A stretch of 32,276 nt of DNA, from positions 1-32,276 of IMG/VR virus record IMGVR_UViG_3300005662_002409; one strand, given 5' to 3'. Source of the stretch: a virus (lineage: Duplodnaviria; Caudoviricetes). Every line of letters begins with the position of its first letter. Positions within the stretch are counted from its first letter, which is position 1. Shown piece after piece: positions 8,226 through 17,640 of this stretch. The position numbers and the translations under genes are program-made. A model generated the notes under the pieces. The model did no database searches and was not told where the DNA came from. It worked only from the letters and a program-made list of their open reading frames with translations.

Positions 8226-8579
8226 ATGAATACTATCATCCTTATACTAACCTTACTTTTTATCAAGCATTTCATTGTAGACTATGTGCTTCAGAAAGCC
8301 TATCATTTCCAATTCAAAGGTATATACGGACATCCTGGCGGACTACAACATGCGGCATTACACGGCCTTGGTACATTCATTTGTCTATTCTATTTTACAC
8401 CGGTGGCCATAGCACTAAGTCTTGTTGACTTTGTAGCACACTATCATATTGACTGGATCAAAACTAAATTTGGTCCCAAGGACAATACTAAATCAATCTT
8501 CTGGGTATGGTTTGGTGCTGACCAACTTGCCCACGCATTGACATATCTGTGGATTGTCAACTTCGTCATCACTAATTAA
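8226..8579 (+). CDS. DUF3307 membrane protein
   Basis: Typical His pattern: KHFIVDYVLQ, HAALHG, HYHIDWIK, DQLAH. Confidence 0.85.
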   Translation: MNTIILILTLLFIKHFIVDYVLQKAYHFQFKGIYGHPGGLQHAALHGLGTFICLFYFTPVAIALSLVDFVAHYHIDWIKTKFGPKDNTKSIFWVWFGADQLAHALTYLWIVNFVITN

Positions 8580-8603
8580 TAATAAAGTAGCACCGAGGAA
8601 AAA

Positions 8604-9707
8604 ATGCACTTATCCCCTGACACTAAACTTGACTTTAAAGATGTACTGATTCGTCCTAAGCGTAGTACACTTAATAGTCGCAAAGATGTAGACCTAACAA
8701 GAACATTTACTTTCAAACACAGTGGCTGGGAATGGACCGGCGTGCCTATTATGGCAGCTAACATGGATGGTGTTGGTACACTAGCCATGGCCGAAGCATT
8801 GTATGAACATCGCATGTTTACCTGTTTGACCAAAGACACTCTAATAGAAGACTTTGCTGTTACGGTTAGCAAAATAGGCGGCAACTACTTTGCAGTAGGT
8901 ACAGGTACTGGCGATCGAGACTTTAGTAACCTACAACAAATTTTAAACACATATCCAGAAATTCATTTCATTTGCATTGATATTGCCAATGGGTATAGCG
9001 AACACTTTGCTGACTATGTTGGCAAAGTTAGGGCATTGTATCCTAAGCATACAATTATTGCAGGTAATGTTGTTACAGCAGAGATGACAGAGGAGTTAAT
9101 CTTACGTGGGGCTGATATTGTTAAAGTGGGCATTGGCCCTGGTAGCGTTTGCACTACTCGTATTCAAACTGGTGTGGGCTACCCACAGCTTAGTGCTATT
9201 ATTGAGTGCGCCGATGCCGCTCATGGTCTTGGCGGGCATATTATTGCTGATGGCGGATGTGTTTGCCCTGGTGATGTTGCTAAGGCTTTCGGGGCTGGTG
9301 CGGACTTTGTAATGCTAGGTGGCATGCTTGCCGGGCATGATGAAGGTGGCGGTGAGAAGATTGTCAAGTACTTTGGCACAGGTCAATACTTTATTGCCGG
9401 CGAAGATAGACTAGGTGTAAGTGACTATCAGCCTGTAATCGAAGCACGTGAGTTTGTTAAGTTCTACGGTATGAGTAGTCAGGCAGCACAAGAGAAGCAC
9501 GGCGGATTTAAAGACTACAGAGCCAGCGAAGGCCGTGTAGTCGAAGTGCCTTATCGTGGACCAGTTAGTGTTACTACCAAGGAGATCTTAGGCGGTATTC
9601 GCAGTACTTGTTCTTACGTAGGTGCTAGTAAGCTCAAAGAACTGAGCAAGCGAACGACTTTTGTTCGGGTGACTCAACAGGTTAATAATGTCTTCGGTGG
9701 AAAGTAA
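8604..9707 (+). CDS. guaC: GMP reductase (type 1)
   Basis: Contains [46 protein letters not shown] and YRASEG. No CBS domains. Confidence 0.95.
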   Translation: MHLSPDTKLDFKDVLIRPKRSTLNSRKDVDLTRTFTFKHSGWEWTGVPIMAANMDGVGTLAMAEALYEHRMFTCLTKDTLIEDFAVTVSKIGGNYFAVGTGTGDRDFSNLQQILNTYPEIHFICIDIANGYSEHFADYVGKVRALYPKHTIIAGNVVTAEMTEELILRGADIVKVGIGPGSVCTTRIQTGVGYPQLSAIIECADAAHGLGGHIIADGGCVCPGDVAKAFGAGADFVMLGGMLAGHDEGGGEKIVKYFGTGQYFIAGEDRLGVSDYQPVIEAREFVKFYGMSSQAAQEKHGGFKDYRASEGRVVEVPYRGPVSVTTKEILGGIRSTCSYVGASKLKELSKRTTFVRVTQQVNNVFGGK

Positions 9708-10371
9708 ATTTAAACACAGCGATATCCTTATTGTTGGAGATAGCTTTTGTGCATGTAGAAATAAGGAATCTGATTGGCCTAATAAGTTAGTTGAATTGCT
9801 TAGTGGAGTATCATTGCCTGCAAGAGGGCAAGGGTTCGGTGGATGTCATTGGTGGAGCACCAGACAGTGCCTGGTCAATGAATTAGCAATTTCAACCCCT
9901 GAGGTACTGATACTATGTCACACTGATCACAGCCGCTTACCTTCAGATCAAAATTTTCCACTTAATCCTGCATCGATATTTGATAAACAGTCTGCATTGT
10001 TGCCAGTGCGTATTGGAAAAGATTATAGAGTAATACAAGAAGCGGCCAAGTACTATTACAAATACCTACAAAGTACCGCTTGGGATGAATGGACTGCTAA
10101 TGCATGGTATAAAGAATTAGATAGTTTAATTTCATCATATGATATCCCGTATGTCATACATTTGTTTGGATTTGAAAATTGTATGTATACGTTTAACCGT
10201 GGAATGATATCTAAGGAAATTCTTTCTTCGTTTAACATGGGGCAAGGTGTAAGGAATCACTTTTCTCAAGAAGCAAACATCAGTGTTGCCACTGCCATAG
10301 CAGACATGATCACTAACCATTACCAAGATGGAGTGATTAAAGATTTTAATTTGCTGAGATTGTGCAAATAA
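9688..10371 (+). CDS. SGNH/GDSL-like hypothetical protein
   Basis: IVGDSF block I, Gly-rich block II (GFGG) and a C-terminal NHF..EAN His motif. Confidence 0.55.
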   Translation: MSSVESKFKHSDILIVGDSFCACRNKESDWPNKLVELLSGVSLPARGQGFGGCHWWSTRQCLVNELAISTPEVLILCHTDHSRLPSDQNFPLNPASIFDKQSALLPVRIGKDYRVIQEAAKYYYKYLQSTAWDEWTANAWYKELDSLISSYDIPYVIHLFGFENCMYTFNRGMISKEILSSFNMGQGVRNHFSQEANISVATAIADMITNHYQDGVIKDFNLLRLCK

Positions 10372-10374
10372 TAC

Positions 10375-10403
10375 TTGACATCAACCAGCAAAGCATATAT
10401 ACT
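10375..10403 (+). promoter_or_regulatory. Sigma70-like promoter for tRNA-Ser
   Basis: TTGACA-17 nt-TATACT. Confidence 0.8.
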
Positions 10404-10419
10404 GTTGATATATTAGCAA

Positions 10420-10508
10420 GGAGGGCGGGCCGGACGGTAAGGCAGCAGATTGCTAATCTGTACATCGGGTTAACTGATGATAGGGTTCGACTCCCTAGCC
10501 CTCCGCCA
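10420..10508 (+). tRNA. tRNA-Ser(GCU), atypical D-arm region
   Basis: Acceptor stem GGAGGGC/GCCCTCC, discriminator G73, CCA, anticodon arm GCAGA-TTGCTAA-TCTGT, long variable arm CATCGG/CTGATG, T-loop TTCGACT. Confidence 0.92.
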
Positions 10509-10541
10509 ATATATTCCAGCAACCGCATTAAGTGATTTAAA

Positions 10542-11006
10542 ATGAAATCGAAAATTGACTTCGATAAGATCCGAGAATACTTGGACTCATGCAACGACCA
10601 AACAAAAGTGTATATAGGCTGTGACAGCGAACGTGTGCTGAGCCACGGCAAGTTCTATGCAGACTACACCTTGGCATTGGTTATTCACATCAATGGCAAG
10701 AACGGTTGTAAACTTTTCAGTAATACAATTCGTGAACTTGACTACGATGACCGGAAAAAGCCTTATACTCGTTTAATGAATGAAGTATACAAGGTTGCCG
10801 AACTATACAAGCAAACCCTAGAAGCCATCGGTGATCGTGAGATCGAAGTTCATTTGGACATCAATAGTAGCGACAAGCACTTTAGCAACAGTGTTGTTAG
10901 CCAGGCAATTGGTTATATCAAAGGTGTTTGTAATGTGGATCCGGTTATCAAGCCTTTGGCTTGGGCCGCTTCGTGTGCCGCAGACCGTGCCAAAAGTATC
11001 GCTTGA
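10542..11006 (+). CDS. RNase H-like YkuK family protein
   Basis: Contains VYIGCDS, RLMNEV, EVHLDIN and KPLAWAASCAAD. Confidence 0.85.
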   Translation: MKSKIDFDKIREYLDSCNDQTKVYIGCDSERVLSHGKFYADYTLALVIHINGKNGCKLFSNTIRELDYDDRKKPYTRLMNEVYKVAELYKQTLEAIGDREIEVHLDINSSDKHFSNSVVSQAIGYIKGVCNVDPVIKPLAWAASCAADRAKSIA

Positions 11007-11031
11007 CATTCCTTTAGATCCAGTGTATACT
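11003..11031 (+). promoter_or_regulatory. Sigma70-like promoter, probably leaderless
   Basis: TTGACA-17 nt-TATACT. The ATG at 11039 follows after 7 nt with no SD. Confidence 0.8.
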
Positions 11032-11038
11032 CTGTAGC

Positions 11039-11449
11039 ATGGACCTACATAAAAATATAATGACTGAGCGATACCGTGCTAGAGTCAAGGTTGGCAACTA
11101 CAGATTCTCGTCTGTAGACCATAAGTCTTACATGGTTAGTCCAATTGGGGTTAATCCGACTATTGAATACAGTACAGTAAACAGTATTCAACTGGATTTC
11201 CATCCAGCAGATTTAAACCGGCTGATAGATACTCTTGAATACATCCATAGTGCAAACAGTTATAACGATGGGCAGTTTAGTGCTCAACCTAGTACTGTAC
11301 ACGATAAGTTTGTACAGCACGTATATCAAAAAGAGTTTAAAGAACAAGAGCTAAGAGAAAAACATCCATTGCTTCAAGATCTTTGGAACCAATACAAAAC
11401 TACGCTAAATTTACTTGCCAGTGGCAATAACATAGAAAGCAATGAATGA
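11039..11449 (+). CDS. Hypothetical protein with C-terminal E..LR.KHP....Y.TTL.L helix motif
   Basis: ORF directly after a promoter; ATGA overlap with metK. Confidence 0.75.
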   Translation: MDLHKNIMTERYRARVKVGNYRFSSVDHKSYMVSPIGVNPTIEYSTVNSIQLDFHPADLNRLIDTLEYIHSANSYNDGQFSAQPSTVHDKFVQHVYQKEFKEQELREKHPLLQDLWNQYKTTLNLLASGNNIESNE

Positions 11450-12549
11450 CCTACCTTTTTACCAGCGAAAGCGTTTCCGAGGGACACCCGGATAAAGTCG
11501 CCGACGCAATCAGTGATGCAGTACTAGACTTAGTAATGGCTAAACAAGACCCAAGTCTTCGCTGTGCATGTGAAACTTTAGTAACAACTAATCGAGTAAT
11601 CCTAGCAGGAGAATACAAAGGTATTCTACACGATGAAGAAGTTGATAGTACAGTTCGTCGAGTTATCAAAGACGTAGGTTACGAACAAAGCGGCTTCGAT
11701 TGGCGTACCGTTGAAATTACTAATCTATTGCACGGACAAAGCGCAGACATTGCCCTAGGCACAGATACATTTGGTGCCGGTGACCAGGGACTTATGTTTG
11801 GTTATGCTTGCAATGAAACTCCTACTTACATGCCAAGTGCAATTTACTGGAGTCACGAAATCCTCAGACACCTAACAGATGCACGTAAGAATGGTGTTCT
11901 TGCTTGGTTAGGCCCTGATGCCAAAAGTCAAGTAACATTTGAATACAATGACGATGGTACTCCCAAACGTATTGCCAAGGTAGTTTGCAGTACACAACAC
12001 AGCGAAGATACTGATATCGAAACCGTGCGTAATACAGTGACCTCTCTTATTCGTAATGTATTACCTGGGAAGTTTGTAGACAATGCTACTGAATTTTATA
12101 TTAATCCTACTGGCCGTTTTGTTATTGGCGGACCTGACGGGGATACCGGCCTCACAGGACGAAAAATTATCGTCGATACTTACGGCGGTTATAGTCCTCA
12201 TGGTGGTGGTGCTTTTAGCGGAAAAGATCCTACCAAAGTAGATCGCAGTGCCGCATACATGATGCGATATCTTGCTAAGAATATTGTAGCCAGTGGGCGA
12301 GCACCCTGGGCCAATGTACAGATTAGTTACGCCATTGGCATGGCACAGCCAATGAGCTTCTATGTCGAAACTGCCGATGTTGACCAAAGCAGAATGTTAA
12401 CTAAGTGGATTGAATCTAATGTCGACTTGACGCCCAAGGGTATCATTGATCGATTCAACTTGTTCAGACCAATCTATTCTAGCACTACTAATTACGGTCA
12501 CTTTGGTAAAGACTGGTTACCATGGGAAAAGGTCGACTTGTTTAGTTGA
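11446..12549 (+). CDS. metK: S-adenosylmethionine synthetase
   Basis: Contains FTSESVSEGHPDK, GAGDQG, GGPDGDTGLTGRKIIVDTYGG and GGGAFSGKDPTKVDRS. Confidence 0.98.
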   Translation: MTYLFTSESVSEGHPDKVADAISDAVLDLVMAKQDPSLRCACETLVTTNRVILAGEYKGILHDEEVDSTVRRVIKDVGYEQSGFDWRTVEITNLLHGQSADIALGTDTFGAGDQGLMFGYACNETPTYMPSAIYWSHEILRHLTDARKNGVLAWLGPDAKSQVTFEYNDDGTPKRIAKVVCSTQHSEDTDIETVRNTVTSLIRNVLPGKFVDNATEFYINPTGRFVIGGPDGDTGLTGRKIIVDTYGGYSPHGGGAFSGKDPTKVDRSAAYMMRYLAKNIVASGRAPWANVQISYAIGMAQPMSFYVETADVDQSRMLTKWIESNVDLTPKGIIDRFNLFRPIYSSTTNYGHFGKDWLPWEKVDLFS

Positions 12550-12574
12550 CAACGCCCGATATTTTTGTTATACT
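12546..12574 (+). promoter_or_regulatory. Sigma70-like promoter (extended -10)
   Basis: TTGACA, 17-nt spacer ending in TGT, then TATACT. Confidence 0.8.
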
Positions 12575-12592
12575 GTTATAAAGGAATTTAAA

Positions 12593-12826
12593 GTGTTTAA
12601 AAAGTTTAAAAATATCTTCGAAGATATTAATGTAGATGCCGCACGTAGCACAGCAAGATTTGTTGCTATCTGTCTTATGGGCGGTGTGATTGGTGGACTT
12701 ATTATTGAGTTCTTGCCAACATGGTTAATTTTACTCTCAATGTTCTTTGTGATTACAGCTATTGTATATCGCTTAGAGAAGATTGAACTAGACCGTAAAC
12801 AAAATGATCAAGAACCTAACCAGTAA
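12593..12826 (+). CDS. Small two-TM membrane protein
   Basis: Start reassigned to GTG 12593 (AAGGA SD, downstream of the promoter). Two hydrophobic segments. Confidence 0.7.
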   Translation: MFKKFKNIFEDINVDAARSTARFVAICLMGGVIGGLIIEFLPTWLILLSMFFVITAIVYRLEKIELDRKQNDQEPNQ

Positions 12827-13151
12827 CAGCTCTCTGATTTACATCCACAATGACAGTAATAGTGGGCCTTACGTCAACATGAGTAATCCCAGCGCCGGTA
12901 TGATGCGTTATAACGGCAACACTTACAACGTAGAAGTCTACGATGGCAGTACTTGGATGCAAATAAACCGCAGTGCTAGTATCGGCGTAGACAGCAGGCT
13001 CGACACCGTAGTTACTTGGGCAGTAAAAAAGATAGACGAAGAACGTGAAGAACTTGAACTTCGCAAACATCCTTTGGCTAAGGACGCCTACGAAGCTTAT
13101 CAAACTACTTTAGAACTCGTTAAAAAACATAACATCGGAGAAACCCTATGA
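12804..13151 (+). CDS. Hypothetical phage protein (GMMRYN..EVYDG.W motif plus C-terminal helix motif)
   Basis: ORF chained by overlaps between the membrane protein and clpP. Confidence 0.75.
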   Translation: MIKNLTSNSSLIYIHNDSNSGPYVNMSNPSAGMMRYNGNTYNVEVYDGSTWMQINRSASIGVDSRLDTVVTWAVKKIDEEREELELRKHPLAKDAYEAYQTTLELVKKHNIGETL

Positions 13152-13750
13152 CATTAGTACCAATGGTTGTTGAACAAACCGGCCGTGGAGAACGTAGCTA
13201 CGACATTTACAGTCGCTTGCTCAAAGAACGTATTATCCTTATGGAAGGTGAAGTACATGACCAGATGGCTAACTTAATCGTTGCCCAGCTATTGTTCCTT
13301 GAAAGCGAAGATCCGGGCGCAGACATTAGTTTGTACATTAACAGCCCCGGTGGTGTAGTTACAGCAGGTATGGCGATCTATGATACCATGCAGTTCATCA
13401 AGCCAGATGTCTGTACTATTGTCATGGGACAGGCTTGCTCAATGGGCAGTCTGCTAGCACAAGCAGGTGCCGCTGGCAAGCGATTCATTCTTCCCAGTGC
13501 TCGTCATATGATTCACCAACCCAGTGGCGGCGCTCGTGGACAAGCAACAGACATGTTGATCCAAGTAGAAGAAATCCTAGCAATGAAGAAAAGCCTAACT
13601 GAGATCTACGTTAAGCACAATAGCGCAGGTAAAACCTATGAGGATCTTGCCAAGGACCTAGAGCGTGATTACTTTATGAGTGCAGACCAAGCAGTAGCTT
13701 ACGGGCTTGCAGACCGTGTAGTACCTAACCGTGAATCAATTCAATCCTGA
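13148..13750 (+). CDS. clpP: ATP-dependent Clp protease proteolytic subunit
   Basis: Contains [27 protein letters not shown] (Ser), MIHQP (His) and ERDYFMSA (Asp). Confidence 0.98.
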   Translation: MTLVPMVVEQTGRGERSYDIYSRLLKERIILMEGEVHDQMANLIVAQLLFLESEDPGADISLYINSPGGVVTAGMAIYDTMQFIKPDVCTIVMGQACSMGSLLAQAGAAGKRFILPSARHMIHQPSGGARGQATDMLIQVEEILAMKKSLTEIYVKHNSAGKTYEDLAKDLERDYFMSADQAVAYGLADRVVPNRESIQS

Positions 13751-13760
13751 AAGTAAACAC

Positions 13761-14171
13761 ATGACTATTGACCTAAACAAGTATCAAGAATTTGTACTAG
13801 CAATTTGCAGTGATGCTAGCAAGAATCAAGAAGTATTCTTAGAGCATTGTAAATCACTTGCCGATAATGGTACAAATGTAAACATCCCTTTACTACTAAC
13901 TGCCGGCATTGGTCTGGCTAGCGAAGGTGGAGAGTTTAACGAGATTGTTAAAAAGATTTTCTTTCAAGGTAAGCCGCTTAATGAAGATAACATCTTTCAC
14001 ATGAAGCGTGAACTAGGTGACATTATGTGGTACTGGGCTAATGCGTGTAATGCTCTTGGTTTAGATCCTAATGAAGTCATTGCAGAAAACGTTAAAAAAC
14101 TAGAAGCTCGTTACCCCGGCGGCAGTTTTGATGCACACTACAGCGAGAACCGCACGGCGGGAGATTTATGA
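13761..14171 (+). CDS. MazG-like nucleotide pyrophosphohydrolase
   Basis: Contains GLASEGGEFNEIVKK, RELGDIMWY and NVKKLEARYP. Start taken as ATG 13761. Confidence 0.9.
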   Translation: MTIDLNKYQEFVLAICSDASKNQEVFLEHCKSLADNGTNVNIPLLLTAGIGLASEGGEFNEIVKKIFFQGKPLNEDNIFHMKRELGDIMWYWANACNALGLDPNEVIAENVKKLEARYPGGSFDAHYSENRTAGDL

Positions 14172-14383
14172 CAGAAGAAGATCTCTTAGATTTAATCGAT
14201 AAGCTAGATGCAAAGATTGACGAGATCGATGATGAGATTATTGCATTACAAGCCGCAATAGTTAACATTGATGCAGACAAGCGTGAACCTACGGCTAAGG
14301 CAATCCTAATGCTACAAAAGGAACGTAGACGCATCGATGAGATTATCAACGGGCACATGAAAGCACTCAAGGATTTAGGATGA
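14168..14383 (+). CDS. Small acidic coiled-coil protein
   Basis: ATGA overlaps at both ends; heptad pattern. Confidence 0.7.
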   Translation: MTEEDLLDLIDKLDAKIDEIDDEIIALQAAIVNIDADKREPTAKAILMLQKERRRIDEIINGHMKALKDLG

Positions 14384-14547
14384 CTACCTACACAGCACAG
14401 GTTTTAGAAATACTAGAAAACGGTGATGCAGTTATAGAACTGCCACCTACTATGTGCGAAGAACTTGGGTGGGTAGTTGGTGATACGCTAGATATTAGCG
14501 TTGACGAACATAACAAGATTATTATAAAGAAGGTTAAAGATGCTTGA
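14380..14547 (+). CDS. AbrB/MazE/SpoVT-type DNA-binding protein (55 aa, not in the ORF track)
   Basis: Translates to MTTYTAQVLEILENGDAVIELPPTMCEELGWVVGDTLDISVDEHNKIIIKKVKDA, with the LP....ELGW..GD.L swapped-hairpin signature. Overlaps both neighbours. Confidence 0.8.
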   Translation: MTTYTAQVLEILENGDAVIELPPTMCEELGWVVGDTLDISVDEHNKIIIKKVKDA

Positions 14548-15463
14548 TTCATTGTGGACAGAAAAATATCGCCCCAATACTCTAGACGGGTATGTGTTTA
14601 GGGATGACGTACAACGTGCTAAGATTGAACAGTGGATCAAGGAAGGACAGATTCCGCACTTGCTGTTTAGCGGCAGTGCAGGCGTAGGTAAAACTACACT
14701 AGCCAAGATCCTTATTAACACTGTAGGCATTGACGAGTTTGACGTACTAGAGATTAACGCTAGTCGTGAAACCAGTGTAGATGTATTCCGTACCAAAGTT
14801 ACTAACTTTGTTGGTACTATGTCTTTGGGATCGTATAAGGTTGTACTGTTAGACGAAGCTGACTATTTGTCACACCATGCACAGGCCAGTTTACGTGGTA
14901 TCATGGAAGACTATGCAGGCAATGCTAGGTTCATCCTTACTTGTAACTATCCCAATAAAATTATCCCAGCGATTCATAGTCGGTGCCAAGGCTTTCACAT
15001 TGAGAAGGTAGACATTACTGAGTTTACCAGTCGTGTTGCTAGTATCCTTATTCAAGAAGATGTTGAGTTCGACCTTGACGCATTGGACAGTTTTGTTCGT
15101 GCCAGTTATCCGGACCTGCGTAAGACTATCAACAACCTACAACAAAACTGCCAAGGCGGTAAGCTAATGCTACCTTCTAAAGGCGGGGATGCCAGTACCA
15201 GTGACTGGAGATTAGAGATGGCAGAGCTGTTTAAGGCAGGTAAGATCCGTCAAGCTAGACAATTAGTGTGTGGATCGGCAAGTCCTGAAGAATATGAAGA
15301 CGTCTACCGCTGGATGTATGACAACATTGACTTGTGGGGTTCGGAAGAAGAACGACAAGATGCGGCTGTACTGGTGATTAGAAAAGGTCTGATTAATCAC
15401 GGCTTGGTGGCAGATCCAGAGATCAATCTAGCTGCCTGTATGATTGAACTTAGCAAGGTATGA
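14540..15463 (+). CDS. Clamp loader AAA+ subunit (T4 gp44/RFC small-subunit family)
   Basis: Contains LWTEKYRP, GSAGVGKT, INAS, LLDEAD, FILTCNY, SRC and PDLRKTIN. Confidence 0.93.
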   Translation: MLDSLWTEKYRPNTLDGYVFRDDVQRAKIEQWIKEGQIPHLLFSGSAGVGKTTLAKILINTVGIDEFDVLEINASRETSVDVFRTKVTNFVGTMSLGSYKVVLLDEADYLSHHAQASLRGIMEDYAGNARFILTCNYPNKIIPAIHSRCQGFHIEKVDITEFTSRVASILIQEDVEFDLDALDSFVRASYPDLRKTINNLQQNCQGGKLMLPSKGGDASTSDWRLEMAELFKAGKIRQARQLVCGSASPEEYEDVYRWMYDNIDLWGSEEERQDAAVLVIRKGLINHGLVADPEINLAACMIELSKV

Positions 15464-16236
15464 AGACCAAGTTTATAACCAAGCTACTTTACGGGCAGTA
15501 CCCATACGCTATACAAATTAAACATCCAGCTTTAAAATATAAAAACATTCGCTGGCGCAACAGAAGCATCAAACTCAAACCAGTTGAAGCTTTTATGTAT
15601 AAGCTCACATCCAAAGAGTTAGAAACCAATCGTAGTTACTTTGGAGACTATGGTAAGTGGTCCAGTGTGTCATCGGATCATTATGCAGTATTCAAATCAT
15701 GGGATACCTTTGTAACTTGGTATACTGCATTCCTTGTAACTAATCCAGATGTGATTGGTAGGCAGCGACACGAAGGTAACACGATTACATTCTTCACCGA
15801 AGATAAAAAATTTTGTGAAGAACTAATTAAAAACTTTCCGGACGCTTGTCAAACATACCAAAAAATATCCGACCCGTCGCTGTTGCCTATTCTAGAGCAG
15901 GCAGCACAGGAAAGTACTTGGCTTCTCAAAAAGGAGTTCGTGGATCACTATCCACATAATCAATACAAGTACAGGGTATACCTAAGCTGGGACGGCAAGG
16001 ACGCTATTGCCAACATGATTGAAATGTTTAAGAGTTATAAAGAAGCTGACTTAATTAAACTCAATAGCGGATTCAACCCACTGTTAGCGGGCACTGGTCG
16101 GCTTCGCTTTCCGGCGCACATCTTAATTAAAACAGAAGATACTCTAGAGTTGATTAAGCTAGCATTAGGGCCTAGCCCAATCAACTCAATTATCGAGTAT
16201 GTTTTAATTTCAGACGTTGATCATTCTTCTCCGTAG
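15460..16236 (+). CDS. Hypothetical protein
   Basis: 258-aa ORF with ATGA overlap to the clamp loader. No motif recognised. Confidence 0.75.
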   Translation: MKTKFITKLLYGQYPYAIQIKHPALKYKNIRWRNRSIKLKPVEAFMYKLTSKELETNRSYFGDYGKWSSVSSDHYAVFKSWDTFVTWYTAFLVTNPDVIGRQRHEGNTITFFTEDKKFCEELIKNFPDACQTYQKISDPSLLPILEQAAQESTWLLKKEFVDHYPHNQYKYRVYLSWDGKDAIANMIEMFKSYKEADLIKLNSGFNPLLAGTGRLRFPAHILIKTEDTLELIKLALGPSPINSIIEYVLISDVDHSSP

Positions 16237-16964
16237 ATCTTCAATACTTCCTTAACAGCGGCATGTCGTTCTACGTCTTGTACATCAAAGTGTACTACGT
16301 CAATTGATCGACTTCCGTCTGTACGGGCAATTAAACCTAAAAAGTCTGCAAGGCCATTGTCTTCAATTCTGTCCCCTTGTTTGAGGTCGCCTGTGACAAT
16401 CATACGACTGTCGTCACCGATACGTGTTAGTAGCATCTTCATTTGACTTGCTGTGGCGTTTTGCATTTCATCTGCAATGATCCAAGCATTCTTAAAAGTG
16501 CGGCCACGCATGTATGCTAGTGGGCTAATCTCAATCTTACCTTCTTCTAAGAAGTACTCTACTTGCTTGTGACTCCAATGGTCGTAGAACACATCAAAGA
16601 TAGGTTTGGTCCATGGCTCCATCTTCTGATTTAAAGTACCCGGCAAGAATCCATGCTCTTCATCCACGCTAACTGCGGGGCGAGTAACAATGATTTTGTC
16701 GATTTCTTTAGCGTTGAAACTACGTATAGCGGCTTGTACAGCTAACATAGTTTTGCCAGTGCCTGCTGGACCAACTGCAAATAGGATGGTTTTTGACCAA
16801 TCATTTAATAGATTAATGTAGACTCGCTGATTGGCATTGCGAGGAGTAAGTTCTACTTTCCTTTTTGGTTGTGGGGGGATCAAGTGTACAATATTGTCAT
16901 TAATAAAGTTTTCTTCTGCGTTTCTGTTGCGCCTTGCATATTGGGCGTTGCGTTTCTTACTCAA
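16221..16964 (-). CDS. phoH: PhoH family ATPase
   Basis: Contains GPAGTGKT, TRPAV, GFLPG, YMRGRTF, DEMQN, GDLKQ and DVERH. TTG start with AAGGGAG SD. Confidence 0.96.
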   Translation of the reverse strand: MSKKRNAQYARRNRNAEENFINDNIVHLIPPQPKRKVELTPRNANQRVYINLLNDWSKTILFAVGPAGTGKTMLAVQAAIRSFNAKEIDKIIVTRPAVSVDEEHGFLPGTLNQKMEPWTKPIFDVFYDHWSHKQVEYFLEEGKIEISPLAYMRGRTFKNAWIIADEMQNATASQMKMLLTRIGDDSRMIVTGDLKQGDRIEDNGLADFLGLIARTDGSRSIDVVHFDVQDVERHAAVKEVLKIYGEE

Positions 16965-16991
16965 GTTGTTTTCTCCCTTGCGGTAGTGTTA

Positions 16992-17032
16992 AGCGCCTGG
17001 GGCGCCTGATCCCAGGCGTTCAGAAGTATTTA
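16992..17032 (-). promoter_or_regulatory. Late-type TAAATA promoter and GC-rich 5'UTR hairpin of phoH
   Basis: Minus-strand TAAATA at 17027-17032, followed by a CGCCTGGG/CCCAGGCG stem. Confidence 0.5.
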
Positions 17033-17092
17033 ACCGATGATACCAAAAACTATGTGCTACTAAAACTTCTTAATAAACGACCTTACAACGGC

Positions 17093-17098
17093 TAAATA
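17093..17098 (+). promoter_or_regulatory. Late-type promoter TAAATA, leaderless spacing
   Basis: TAAATA-TTCTT-ATG(17104), no SD. Confidence 0.55.
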
Positions 17099-17103
17099 TT
17101 CTT

Positions 17104-17640
17104 ATGCAAGCGATTAAAGAATTCAACCTCAAAGAGCTAATCGACAACATTCAAGGTGTCCATGACAGTAGTAATCTGTTGGAAACACTCATGGATTTCG
17201 AGCGTGTTCTAGACGATTTAGACTGCTATGCTTTCCCTAACTGGATCAAGGGCGAACTAGTCGAAGGCCCAATTACCGGTAGGCATTGGGTTAGTGCTAC
17301 ATTTATGTGGCCAGAAAAGCTACCCCCAGATCCAAAGATGCTAGAAAGATTTCAATCTAACAGCATTAAATCCAAGGTTACTAAAGGTGTGTTTAAGCAC
17401 CCACTAGAGGTAGAAAGTAGTGACGATTTCCGCCCTGGTACTAATTATCCCAAGCTAGCAGAAGATAGTGTATGGTTAATCGAACTAACTATTCCCAAAG
17501 CAATGATCAAAGACGTTGAAGAAGGTTTTGCTAATATTGCAGGCGAGCAAATTGATATGGAAGATATCGATAAGGCTTACGAACGTGACTTTGACAACGA
17601 AGGCTTAACCGACAACACTGCGGAAGATTACACAGAATGA
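17104..17640 (+). CDS. Hypothetical acidic phage protein
   Basis: First gene of a divergent operon. Motifs LMDFERVLD, NWIKGELVEGP and HWV..TFMWP. Confidence 0.8.
   Translation: MQAIKEFNLKELIDNIQGVHDSSNLLETLMDFERVLDDLDCYAFPNWIKGELVEGPITGRHWVSATFMWPEKLPPDPKMLERFQSNSIKSKVTKGVFKHPLEVESSDDFRPGTNYPKLAEDSVWLIELTIPKAMIKDVEEGFANIAGEQIDMEDIDKAYERDFDNEGLTDNTAEDYTE

Noticed and set aside
12446-12592. Upstream extensions of ORF-track starts (also 4375, 13731, 20053, 24523, 24987, 25366)
   Set aside because: They overlap upstream genes or promoters. Downstream starts with an SD or stop/start coupling fit better.
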